Positions 18,074-26,597 of a stretch of DNA of 64,000 nucleotides are shown one piece after another; position 1 is the first letter of the stretch, and each line of letters opens with the position of its first letter. Both the position numbers and the translations under genes were made by a program. Origin of the DNA: Gemmatimonadota bacterium (GTDB taxonomy: Bacteria; Gemmatimonadota; Gemmatimonadetes; Palauibacterales; Palauibacteraceae). A model generated the notes under the pieces. The model had not been told where the DNA came from. It saw only the letters and a list, made by a program, of their open reading frames with translations, and made no database searches. The stretch covers positions 527 through 64,526 of the forward strand of contig JBGMQU010000003.1 in NCBI GenBank assembly GCA_048060725.1. The letters are read 5' to 3'.

Positions 18074-19105
18074 GTGACGACGCCACCGCGCGTCTGGTTC
18101 GAAGTGAACGGCGAGTCGGATGCCGGAGCCGACATCCCGTGGGACCCGGAGCGGGTGCTCCACGGCGTGCCCGTGGAGGTCCAACCCATCGCGAGATGGT
18201 TGGAGGATCGGCTTCGGACCGAGTCGCCCATCCCGGCCGACTCGCCTCCGCCGGCGGAGTCACTGGAGGTGGTCGCGGCGGGCGTTCGCGCGGTGCGGGA
18301 GGCGATCGTCGAGAGCGGAGACCGGGGGACGCCGGCTCACCGGGTTCAGGCCCTGCACGCGCAACTCGACCGGGAGTTCGCCTTCCTGGTGCTCGGCATC
18401 CTGGATCGGCGAACGGAAGACTCGCGCTCGCTGCTCCGCGACGTATCGCACGACCTTCGCTCGCCGCTCAACTCGATTCTGTTTCTGGCCGATGCCCTCG
18501 CGACCGAACACTCCGGGGCCCTGAACGACGTGCAGCAGCGGCAGGTCGGGGTCCTGTATACCGCGGCGGTCTCGTTGGTGGGCCTGGTCAACGACCTGAT
18601 CGACGTCACCCGACTCGGCGACGCCGCGAGCATCGATGTGGCCTCGGATCCGTTCTCCGTCGAAGCGGTGCTGCAGGAGGTCGACCAGCTGGTCGGGCCG
18701 CTCGCGACCCACGGCGATGTCAAACTCGGCTTTCGACTGGAGACTCTGGGACCACGCCGCGGCGATCGACGCATCCTGACTCGGATCCTCATCAACCTCG
18801 TCTCCAACGCTGTGCACGTCACCGGTTCGGGGCATCCGGTCGAGGTCCGGGCGGTCGAACACGAAGGCGGGCTGAGAGTTACCGTGACGGATTCGGGTTC
18901 CGAGGGCGACGTCGAGCAACTGCGGGCCCGGCTGCGCGACTCTCCTTTCCCCGCGCCGGGGGCGCGCACGGAAGGGTGGACGCACGGGTTGGGTCTGGCG
19001 ATCTGCTCGCGGCTTGTCGACGCATCCAACGGCGCAGTATCGGTCGACGCGACGTCCGACGGCGGGTGCCGGTTTACGGTGGACCTTCCATTTCCGCGTG
19101 ACTGA
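18074..19105 (+). CDS. Sensor histidine kinase (no predicted TM segments)
   Basis: The H-box is DVSHDLRSPLNSILFLADAL. HATPase_c features are LINLVSNAV, VTDSGSE and GLGLAICSRLV. I see no hydrophobic helices in the N-terminal ~120 aa. Confidence 0.8.
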   Translation: MTTPPRVWFEVNGESDAGADIPWDPERVLHGVPVEVQPIARWLEDRLRTESPIPADSPPPAESLEVVAAGVRAVREAIVESGDRGTPAHRVQALHAQLDREFAFLVLGILDRRTEDSRSLLRDVSHDLRSPLNSILFLADALATEHSGALNDVQQRQVGVLYTAAVSLVGLVNDLIDVTRLGDAASIDVASDPFSVEAVLQEVDQLVGPLATHGDVKLGFRLETLGPRRGDRRILTRILINLVSNAVHVTGSGHPVEVRAVEHEGGLRVTVTDSGSEGDVEQLRARLRDSPFPAPGARTEGWTHGLGLAICSRLVDASNGAVSVDATSDGGCRFTVDLPFPRD

Positions 19106-19197
19106 GGTCCTCGACCCGGTCACCCCTTGAAACTTACGCCCCCTGTGTGGGAGTATGCAGGGAGCGGGCGAGACGATCGGCAACGACGGTGGAAGCG

Positions 19198-19560
19198 ATG
19201 AACGAGATCCTGAAGAAACAGATCTGGCGAAAGCTCGAGGCCCTTCCCGAAGAAAAGGTCTACGAGGTGCTGGACTTCATCGATTTCCTGGGTTCGGAAT
19301 ACGGTGACCGGTCCGCTGGGGAGCCGCCCGTTTTCCAGAAGTTTGCCGAGGGCGTCCAGAAGCAGATGCGGCGCGGCCGGGTGAATGCGACGGCGGTGAA
19401 CACGACCATGAAGGTGCTGGGTCGCGCCGACCGCGTGCTGGATTCCTTCCGGCAGGCTGGACGGGAGTTTCTTGCCGAGCTCGAAGCGGGCAAGGCGGAA
19501 CCGCCGCCGCCCGAAGAACCCGACGGACCTCCGGAGAGCCGGGAAATCATCGTCGAATAG
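19198..19560 (+). CDS. Hypothetical protein with a DUF2281-like N-terminus
   Basis: The ATG at 19198 gives MNEILKKQIWRKLEALPEEKVYEVLDFIDFL, which resembles the DUF2281/antitoxin-like N-terminal motif. The remainder is charged and Pro-rich. No partner toxin gene is adjacent. Confidence 0.5.
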   Translation: MNEILKKQIWRKLEALPEEKVYEVLDFIDFLGSEYGDRSAGEPPVFQKFAEGVQKQMRRGRVNATAVNTTMKVLGRADRVLDSFRQAGREFLAELEAGKAEPPPPEEPDGPPESREIIVE

Positions 19561-19698
19561 GCGGCACCCCGCCGCCGCTCCGCTCCCGACTGCGGCGGTC
19601 GAGGTGTCGCTCGACCACGTTGACTCGGAGCGGTCGGCCGTCTACCATGGCGAATGGAAGCCCACACTGAATTCGTAGCTGAAGACCGCTCGTCTGCC

Positions 19699-19714
19699 TG
19701 GCACGCACCCTGCC
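19699..19714 (+). promoter_or_regulatory. Candidate sigma-54 (-24/-12) promoter
   Basis: The sequence TGGCACGCACCCTGCC has GG at 19700-19701 and GC at 19712-19713, which is the correct GG-N10-GC spacing. The -24 element (C)TGGCACG is perfect, and the -12 element is CTGC rather than TTGC. It lies ~57 nt upstream of the guaB ATG. Confidence 0.3.
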
Positions 19715-19769
19715 CTGGACGCGCGGTTTTGTGCATCCCCACCCGTTCGCACTCCCTGGTGGCTCTCTG

Positions 19770-21224
19770 ATGGCCGGTTCCATTCGCGACACCCTGACCT
19801 TCGATGATGTCCTCCTCTCCCCGGCTCACGCCGTGGTTCACCCCTCCGAAGTCGACGTGTCGACGCGGCTGACCGCGGAGATCCACCTGGCCATCCCCCT
19901 GTTGTCCGCAGCGATGGACACCGTCACCGAGCACGAAATGGCGATCGCTCTGGCGCGCGAGGGCGGGATCGGTGTCATCCACAAGAACATGTCGATCGAC
20001 CGGCAGGTCCAACTCGTCGATCGAGTGAAGCGGTCCGAAAGCGGGATGATCCTGGATCCCATCACGCTCGGCCCTGATGCGACTCTGCGGGAGGCGCGTC
20101 ACCACATGGCGGAGTATTCGATCAGCGGCTTCCCCGTGGTGGACGGGGACGGCCGGTTGGTAGGTATCCTGACGAATCGCGACCTCGTGTTCGAAGTGGA
20201 TCTTTCCCGCCGCATCAGCGAAGTGATGACGTCGGAGGGGCTGGTCACCGCACCGCTCGGCACGTCGTTGGACGACGCGGAGGAGATCCTCCGACGCCAC
20301 AAGATCGAGAAGTTGCCGGTCGTGGATGGCGAGGGCCGACTGAAGGGGCTGATCACCGTCAAGGACATTTTCAAGCGCCGCCAGTTCCCCAACGCCACGA
20401 AGGATGATCACGGTCGACTTCGGACCGGTGCCGCGGTCGGTGCGGGCGATCGGGATCTCGAACGCGCCACCGCGCTCGCCGACGCGGGAGCGGACGTCCT
20501 CGTGGTCGATACGGCGCACGGGCACGCGCAGGCGGTTCTGGACGCCGTCGCCCGGGTCCGGGAGGCACTCCCCGATACGCCACTCATCGCCGGCAACATC
20601 GCTACCCGCGAAGGCGCGATGGCGCTGGTGGAGCGAGGGGTCGACGCGGTGAAGGTGGGGGTCGGGCCTGGTTCGATTTGCACGACACGCGTGGTCACCG
20701 GAGTCGGGATCCCTCAGGTGACCGCGATTCTCGACGCCGCGGATGGCGTGGACGGTCGAGTGCCGATCATTGCCGACGGGGGAATCAAATACACGGGCGA
20801 TGTGGTCAAGGCGCTGGCCGCCGGGGCGCATTGTTGCATGCTGGGGTCGATGTTCGCCGGGGTCGATGAGAGCCCGGGAGAGACGTTTCTTCTCGAAGGC
20901 AGGCGCTTCAAGGTGATCCGCGGGATGGGTTCGCTTTCTGCGATGGAGGCGGGCTCGGCCGACCGATACTTTCAGGAAGGGGCGAATGCGCGAAAGCTCG
21001 TTCCCGAAGGAATCGAGGGCAGGGTCCCGTACAAGGGCCCGGTCGCCGACACGGTTTTTCAGCTCGTCGGAGGCCTCCGCAGCGGCATGGGGTACTGTGG
21101 AGCCGCCACCATAAAAGAATTGCGCGAGAAGGCCCACTTCGTGCGAATCACATCGGGGGGTCTGAGGGAGTCCCATCCGCACGATGTGGTGATCACTCGC
21201 GAGGCGCCAAACTACTCCATGTAA
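19770..21224 (+). CDS. guaB: IMP dehydrogenase
   Basis: [21 protein letters not shown]..., tandem CBS domains, the catalytic loop [20 protein letters not shown], and [21 protein letters not shown] chose the ATG at 19770. Confidence 0.95.
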   Translation: MAGSIRDTLTFDDVLLSPAHAVVHPSEVDVSTRLTAEIHLAIPLLSAAMDTVTEHEMAIALAREGGIGVIHKNMSIDRQVQLVDRVKRSESGMILDPITLGPDATLREARHHMAEYSISGFPVVDGDGRLVGILTNRDLVFEVDLSRRISEVMTSEGLVTAPLGTSLDDAEEILRRHKIEKLPVVDGEGRLKGLITVKDIFKRRQFPNATKDDHGRLRTGAAVGAGDRDLERATALADAGADVLVVDTAHGHAQAVLDAVARVREALPDTPLIAGNIATREGAMALVERGVDAVKVGVGPGSICTTRVVTGVGIPQVTAILDAADGVDGRVPIIADGGIKYTGDVVKALAAGAHCCMLGSMFAGVDESPGETFLLEGRRFKVIRGMGSLSAMEAGSADRYFQEGANARKLVPEGIEGRVPYKGPVADTVFQLVGGLRSGMGYCGAATIKELREKAHFVRITSGGLRESHPHDVVITREAPNYSM

Positions 21225-21368
21225 GGCGCGAGGTGCGCGGGACAGGGGAACTCGTTTGGTGACGGGGCGTTGACGGATGCAACGTGAAGAGGTGACCATC
21301 CGTCAGACATGGGATGGGAAACGTCCGGGTCCCCAACAGGTAGACCGATGGCAGGCAGGAGCGATGGA

Positions 21369-22907
21369 ATGACCGGAAGCCGAGCCCGAGCCAGCACCCA
21401 CGCGTTGTGTGTCGCGACCCTGGTCGTGTTCTCCGCCGCGTGTGCCACGCAGACCGAGCCTACGACCGGTCCCAACCCTGCCGACGCGACCGACGTGTCC
21501 GAGCTGGCGATGCCGGCGGACGAGAACGCGACCCGTACGGGTGCGCCATCAGAAATGGGCGAGGGAGAACTCGTCGGGACCGAAGTCGTCGTGCCGGATC
21601 CGATCGACCCCGAGCCTCCACCCGAAGAGTTCCGCGGGCCCACCGACGAGGAACTCGATCACGCCCTGCGCGGCCTCCTTGGTTCCGACCCCATCGGCAT
21701 CGTACGCGACCCCGATGACGTCGAGAACCGGTTGCCTCTCGAAATGAATGATCGGGTCGAAGCCTGGATCAACTATTTCGAGAACGTCATTCCTGAACGG
21801 TTCGGGCTCTACCTCGAGAGGAAGAGCCGGTTTGAGCCGATGATCCGCGAGAAGCTCGCGGAACACGGTATGCCGCAGGACCTTATCTATCTCTCGCTCA
21901 TCGAGAGCGGGATGAACGCGAATGCGTACAGCCGCGCGGCGGCGGTCGGTCTCTGGCAGTTCATTCGGGGAACGGGCCGCATGTACGATCTCGAAGTGTC
22001 CTTCTGGGTCGACGAGCGGCGTGATCCGGAAAAAGCGACCGACGCAGCGCTTCGGTATCTGTCGGATCTCCACGACCGCTTTGGATCGTGGTATCTGGCG
22101 GCCGCGGCCTACAATGGCGGGCCGGGTCGAGTGTCGCGTGGCCTCGCACGGACCGGCGGAGGCTCGTTCTGGGATCTCGCCGACCGGCGGCTGCTCCGCT
22201 CCGAGACCCGCAACTACGTTCCCAAGATCATCGCGGCCGCCATTATCGGACACCACCCGGAGCGATACGGCTTCGTGGGGCTCGTACCCGAGAAGCCAGT
22301 GGTCTACGAGGTCGTCTTCGTACCGGACGCCACGAGTTTCGATGTGCTGGCGGAAGCGGCCGGGACCGACGAGCAGACGATCAGGGACCTCAACCCTCAG
22401 TACCCCCAGCGTGTGACGCCGCCCGGGCGGGGAGTGGACCTCAAGGTACCGTTGGGCGCCGCGGACGTCTTCGAGGTCGCCTACGCCGCGATTCCGGCGG
22501 ATGAGCGTGTGACGTGGACCTTCCATGTCGTGCAGCGCGGCCAGACGCTCGGTGGCATCGGTTCAAACTATGGCGTTTCAGTTGCCGCTTTGCGGGCGGC
22601 GAACGGGAACATCCACCCTCGCCGGCTCCAGATCGGCCAGCGGTTGGTGATCCCGAAACCGGCTCGTCCGGGCGGGACGTCCACGCGGACTGCCCCGTCT
22701 TCAGCGAGCGCCGGCGGTAACCAATCCGCGGTCGGCTCGGCGAGCCCTGGACGGGAGGGGGAGGGTCGAACCGTCGTCGTGCAGCGCGGTGACTCGCTGT
22801 GGACGATTGCCCGACGGTACGCGGTCTCGACCCAGGACTTGATGCGCTGGAACGGGCTCACGTCGACCGTGATCAAGGTCGGAGACCGACTCGAGGTCCG
22901 CGGGTAG
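21369..22907 (+). CDS. Lytic transglycosylase with LysM domains (MltD-like lipoprotein)
   Basis: The lipobox-like signal is LVVFSAAC. The SLT domain is YLSLIESGMNANAYSRAAAVGLWQF. Two C-terminal LysM repeats are present (VVQRGQTLGGIGSNYGVSVAAL... and VVQRGDSLWTIARRYAVSTQDL...). The start could instead be at 21309. Confidence 0.85.
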   Translation: MTGSRARASTHALCVATLVVFSAACATQTEPTTGPNPADATDVSELAMPADENATRTGAPSEMGEGELVGTEVVVPDPIDPEPPPEEFRGPTDEELDHALRGLLGSDPIGIVRDPDDVENRLPLEMNDRVEAWINYFENVIPERFGLYLERKSRFEPMIREKLAEHGMPQDLIYLSLIESGMNANAYSRAAAVGLWQFIRGTGRMYDLEVSFWVDERRDPEKATDAALRYLSDLHDRFGSWYLAAAAYNGGPGRVSRGLARTGGGSFWDLADRRLLRSETRNYVPKIIAAAIIGHHPERYGFVGLVPEKPVVYEVVFVPDATSFDVLAEAAGTDEQTIRDLNPQYPQRVTPPGRGVDLKVPLGAADVFEVAYAAIPADERVTWTFHVVQRGQTLGGIGSNYGVSVAALRAANGNIHPRRLQIGQRLVIPKPARPGGTSTRTAPSSASAGGNQSAVGSASPGREGEGRTVVVQRGDSLWTIARRYAVSTQDLMRWNGLTSTVIKVGDRLEVRG

Positions 22908-22909
22908 AA

Positions 22910-22927
22910 GGCTGTTGAACAACAGCC
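22910..22927 (+). terminator. Hairpin immediately after the mltD-like stop
   Basis: GGCTGTTG-AA-CAACAGCC is a perfect 8-bp inverted repeat starting 3 nt after the stop. There is no U-tract. Confidence 0.35.
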
Positions 22928-23195
22928 GCCCCTCTCGCCTGAGCCCCTCTCGCCGGACACGCTTCGGCAAAACGAGGCTTCACGCCGCAATCCACACTGG
23001 CATCTCTGCCACAGACGTCTCTGCGCCTCTGCTCGCCGTCACATAAACCATTTCGACAACAGCGCTTAGATCAAGTGTGGCTGGCGCCCGGACCCCGGTT
23101 CGGCCCTTGCACGTGCACGGGTCGACACATCGATAACCGGCGAACGAAGCATGCCGGGGGAAGGAAACCACCGCCAGGCGGACGCGACGACGGCG

Positions 23196-23912
23196 ATGCT
23201 GAGAGTCGACCTCCATTCACATACGTGTTACTCGCACGACGGCCACACGCCTCCGGACGTCCTGGTCGACCGTGCGCGCGAAGTCGGTCTCGACCGCATC
23301 GCGGTGACCGATCACGGAACCATCGAGGGCGCATTGCTCGCAAAGGAACGGGCGCCCATGCTCGTGATCGTCGGTGAAGAGATTCGCTGCGCCTGTCGGA
23401 CGGAACTGATCGGGCTCTTCCTTTCGGAACGAATCCCGCAGCGACTCTCGATCGACGAGACCGTTGCCCGGGTGCGCGCGCAGGGAGGCGTCGTCTACGC
23501 GCCCCACCCCTACGCATACGCTCGGCAGGCGCTCCGGCGTGCCCGACGGGCCCTGAAGAGGGCGGACGTCGTCGAGGCGGTGAACGCCCGAGCGTTTCTC
23601 CCCGGGTGGAACCGTGCCGCAACGCGCGCCGCGGCGGCTCGGGGCTTGCCCGCGGCGGCGGGGTCGGACGCGCACTTCGCGTTCGAAATCGGTCGAGCCT
23701 ACGCCGAGATGCCCGCCTTCGACGACGCGGTCGGATTTCGGGAGGCGGTCCAGCGTTCGATCCCGGTGCAGGTTCGGCTTTCGCACCCCGTACTGCATGT
23801 GGTGGGTTTCGCCATCGCGTGCCGCGGGATCGCCCTCGACCTGGCGGTGGCCGCCGGGCCGGCGGTACGAGTCCGTCAGGCGGGGATCACCGCGACGTCG
23901 ACGGGCGGCTGA
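23196..23912 (+). CDS. PHP-domain metal-dependent phosphoesterase
   Basis: MLRVDLHSHTCYSHDGHTPPDVLVDRAREVGLDRIAVTDHGTIEGA is a PHP N-terminal His motif, followed by VYAPHPY and GSDAH. The 3' end overlaps the convergent dehydrogenase gene by 37 nt. Confidence 0.75.
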   Translation: MLRVDLHSHTCYSHDGHTPPDVLVDRAREVGLDRIAVTDHGTIEGALLAKERAPMLVIVGEEIRCACRTELIGLFLSERIPQRLSIDETVARVRAQGGVVYAPHPYAYARQALRRARRALKRADVVEAVNARAFLPGWNRAATRAAAARGLPAAAGSDAHFAFEIGRAYAEMPAFDDAVGFREAVQRSIPVQVRLSHPVLHVVGFAIACRGIALDLAVAAGPAVRVRQAGITATSTGG

Positions 23913-25261
23913 TCCTCGCTCGACTCTTTCGAGCCGGTTCGCGGCGGACCTGCGATCGGGTACACGAGTCCGTTCCCCGCGCGTCCTGCGAGCCCGTTTC
24001 GCGGGTCGACGACGATCCCGGCGTGTTCGAGCACCATGTCGTAGTCGACGCCGGTATGGTCGCACGTGATCACCACGCAGTCGGCGCTCGCGACCGATGT
24101 GGCCGTGAGCTCGATCGACTCGAGAGTCGTCCCATCGTGCCTGAGTACGGGAACGTAGGGGTCGTGAAACTTCACGTCCGCGCCCATGTCCCGGAGAAGC
24201 TCGAGGATATCGAGGGCCGGGCTCTCTCTCGTGTCGCCGACATCTCGTTTGTACGCAACGCCGAGAAGGAGAATCCTGCTGCCGTTGACCGGCTTGCGCG
24301 CGCGGTTGAGCGCCTCGCCCACCCGCGATACGACATACCGGGGCATCTCCGCGTTGACCTCGGCGGCCAGTTCGATAAACCGGGTGCGGTACTCGAGCGT
24401 GCGCATCTTCCACGCGAGGTAATGTGGATCGATCGGAATGCAGTGCCCTCCCAGCCCCGGCCCGGGGGTGAACCGCATGTAGCCATACGGTTTGGTCGAC
24501 GCCGCATCCACGACCTCCCAGATGTCGATCCCGAGCCGGTCGCAGATCACCGCCATCTCGTTTACGAGCCCGATGTTCACGGCCCGGAACGTGTTCTCGA
24601 GAATCTTTGTCAGCTCGGCAGCCTCGGGCGAGGAGACCTCGACCACCTCGTCGATGACTCGTGCGTAGGCGGCCGTCGCGAGTTCGTGACATGCCGGCGT
24701 CAGTCCTCCGACGACCTTGGGCGTGTTCTTCAGGTGATACTCTTCGTTTCCAGGATCGACCCGCTCGGGACTGAAGGCGAGGAAGAAGTCCGATCCGGCT
24801 TCGAGGCCCGTAGCTTCGAGGCGCGGCTGGACGAGGTCGCGCGTCGTCCCCGGATAGGTCGTCGACTCCAGGATGATCAACTGACCCGGCCGGAGGGCCG
24901 CCTCGATCGCCTCGAGCCCTCGGACGATGTAGGAGACATCCGGGTCGCCCGTCTTCGATAGCGGGGTCGGGACACAGATGATGATGATGTCCATGTCGCG
25001 AAGATCGCCGAAGTCGGTCGTGGCTCGCAGCGAGCCGTCCCCGATGCGCGCGGCCACCGCTTCGGCGGAGATGTCGCCGATGTGGGACTCACCGCGGCTC
25101 ACCAGATCGACGACGTCCTGGTTGACGTCGAAGCCCACGGTCGAGTAGCCGGCGTCCGCGAAGGCGACGACGACGGGGAGCCCCACGTAACCGAGCCCGA
25201 GAACGCCGACCCTGGCCTCCCCGGACTCTATTCTGCTCTTCAGCGCCTGCTTGTGTCCCAC
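23876..25261 (-). CDS. Nucleotide-sugar dehydrogenase (UDP-N-acetyl-hexosamine / UDP-glucose 6-dehydrogenase family)
   Basis: VGVLGLGYVGLPVVVAFADAGYSTVGFD is the Rossmann fold. The sequence also includes GGHCIPIDPHYL, which contains the catalytic Cys, and the family's C-terminal UDP-binding domain. Confidence 0.9.
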   Translation of the reverse strand: MGHKQALKSRIESGEARVGVLGLGYVGLPVVVAFADAGYSTVGFDVNQDVVDLVSRGESHIGDISAEAVAARIGDGSLRATTDFGDLRDMDIIIICVPTPLSKTGDPDVSYIVRGLEAIEAALRPGQLIILESTTYPGTTRDLVQPRLEATGLEAGSDFFLAFSPERVDPGNEEYHLKNTPKVVGGLTPACHELATAAYARVIDEVVEVSSPEAAELTKILENTFRAVNIGLVNEMAVICDRLGIDIWEVVDAASTKPYGYMRFTPGPGLGGHCIPIDPHYLAWKMRTLEYRTRFIELAAEVNAEMPRYVVSRVGEALNRARKPVNGSRILLLGVAYKRDVGDTRESPALDILELLRDMGADVKFHDPYVPVLRHDGTTLESIELTATSVASADCVVITCDHTGVDYDMVLEHAGIVVDPRNGLAGRAGNGLVYPIAGPPRTGSKESSEDQPPVDVAVIPA

Positions 25262-25294
25262 GTCCCGGCCTCCTCGCCGCCCACGCGTGTTCTT

Positions 25295-25978
25295 CTACCT
25301 CAGGCGTCCTCCGAGGACGCGCGTGGCGTATCCGTTGGCCGGATCCTCACCGGCTGCCAGGACGTCCTGTACCGTACCCGGCCCGCGATTGTACGCGAGC
25401 AATGCAAGCCGCGTGCTCCCGTATCGATCGATCAGCAATCGGAGGTATCCGAAGCCCAACCGCAGGTTCGTGTCCATGTCGAACAGGTCCTCGCGGGTGA
25501 CCGACGGGTCCAGCCAACGCGCGGTCTGCGGTTGCACCTGTGACAGGCCGATCGAGCCGGCCGGACCGACGGCACCTCGCTTGAACGATGATTCGACTCG
25601 CACGAGGCGGAACGCGAGCCCGGCGTCGATCCCGGCGTCCACGGCGCCGTCGTAGATGCGCTCGGACAGCCGCCAGCCGATGTCGTAGCGGTCGGCGTAC
25701 CGTCGGATCGTGGCAGTCCGCTGGAGCCCCACCGAGCGGAGCGCCATTTCGCCGTTGGTGGCTCGAGACAACCCGCTTGTCAGGGGAGGAGCACGCAGAA
25801 TCCCGGCCTCGGCGTGCTCGAATCCGAGCGACGCGACAGCCGCCAGCACCGGCAGCGCGTGTGCGGCGGCGCGGGTTCGTCCGACACTGAGCTTGCGTAT
25901 TCCGCGAAGCCCGCGTGTGAACGTCTCTCGGGCGGCACGCGCCCGTTCCTTCCTCATCACAGTTTCCATCACACCCAT
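25295..25978 (-). CDS. Lytic transglycosylase (SLT domain protein)
   Basis: LVRVESSFKRGAVGPAGSIGLSQVQPQTARWL and ALLAYNRGPGTV are SLT family motifs. An N-terminal signal-like segment is present. Confidence 0.8.
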   Translation of the reverse strand: MGVMETVMRKERARAARETFTRGLRGIRKLSVGRTRAAAHALPVLAAVASLGFEHAEAGILRAPPLTSGLSRATNGEMALRSVGLQRTATIRRYADRYDIGWRLSERIYDGAVDAGIDAGLAFRLVRVESSFKRGAVGPAGSIGLSQVQPQTARWLDPSVTREDLFDMDTNLRLGFGYLRLLIDRYGSTRLALLAYNRGPGTVQDVLAAGEDPANGYATRVLGGRLR

Positions 25979-26003
25979 CTATATGTTAACGCTCGAGGCC
26001 GCG

Positions 26004-26585
26004 TCAATCGTGCTCTGACACCGTCCAACTGCCCGAACGTCCACCGTGTTTTTCGAGGAGACGAACCGGTCCGAGCTCCATCCCGCGATCGAGCGCCTTG
26101 CACATGTCGTACAGGGCGAGCAACCCGATCGCGACGCCCGTCATGGCTTCCATCTCCACGCCCGTTCGCCACTCCGCCGACACGGTCACCCGAACCCTCA
26201 GGCCGGGCAGCGTCTCGACGGCCTCAATGTCGACTTCGACACCATCGATGGGAATGGGGTGACAAAGCGGAATCAACGAGGCGGTCCGCTTCACCCCTTC
26301 GATCGCGGCAATCCGCGCGACCGCCAGAACCTCCCCTTTTTCCACCTGTCCCGCCTGTATCGCGGCCAGGGTCGCAACCTCCATCCTGAGTCGACCCTCG
26401 GCCACCGCGGTGCGGCGTGTCGGCGCTTTTTCCCCGACGTCCACCATTCGAACCTGACCGGACGAATCGATGTGCGTCAATTCCGGCACGCCCCGCCACC
26501 TTCCTCCTTGAACCCTCCCACCACGTGTCACTGGTACGGCGGCCAATATAACCCCGATGACACCCCCAGTTCCAGCGGGCGTCAA
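26004..26585 (-). CDS. moaC: Cyclic pyranopterin monophosphate synthase
   Basis: LTHIDSSGQVRMVDVGEKAPTRRTAVAEG...KRTASLIPLCHPIPIDGVEVD...EMEAMTGVAIGLLALYDMCKA. The N-terminus is ~30 aa longer than typical MoaC, so the true start may lie downstream. Confidence 0.9.
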   Translation of the reverse strand: MTPAGTGGVIGVILAAVPVTRGGRVQGGRWRGVPELTHIDSSGQVRMVDVGEKAPTRRTAVAEGRLRMEVATLAAIQAGQVEKGEVLAVARIAAIEGVKRTASLIPLCHPIPIDGVEVDIEAVETLPGLRVRVTVSAEWRTGVEMEAMTGVAIGLLALYDMCKALDRGMELGPVRLLEKHGGRSGSWTVSEHD

Positions 26586-26597
26586 CGCGCGACCGCG

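Noticed and set aside
19260-21299. A 679-aa ORF lies antisense to guaB.
   Set aside because: It is fully overlapped by an unambiguous IMP dehydrogenase gene on the other strand. Its product is R/P/G/H-rich with no recognisable motifs. This is a typical high-GC antisense artefact.
21272-21304. An 8-bp inverted repeat (GACGGATG...CATCCGTC) after guaB was considered as a terminator.
   Set aside because: It has a 17-nt loop and no U-tract. It also abuts or overlaps the possible start region of the next gene.
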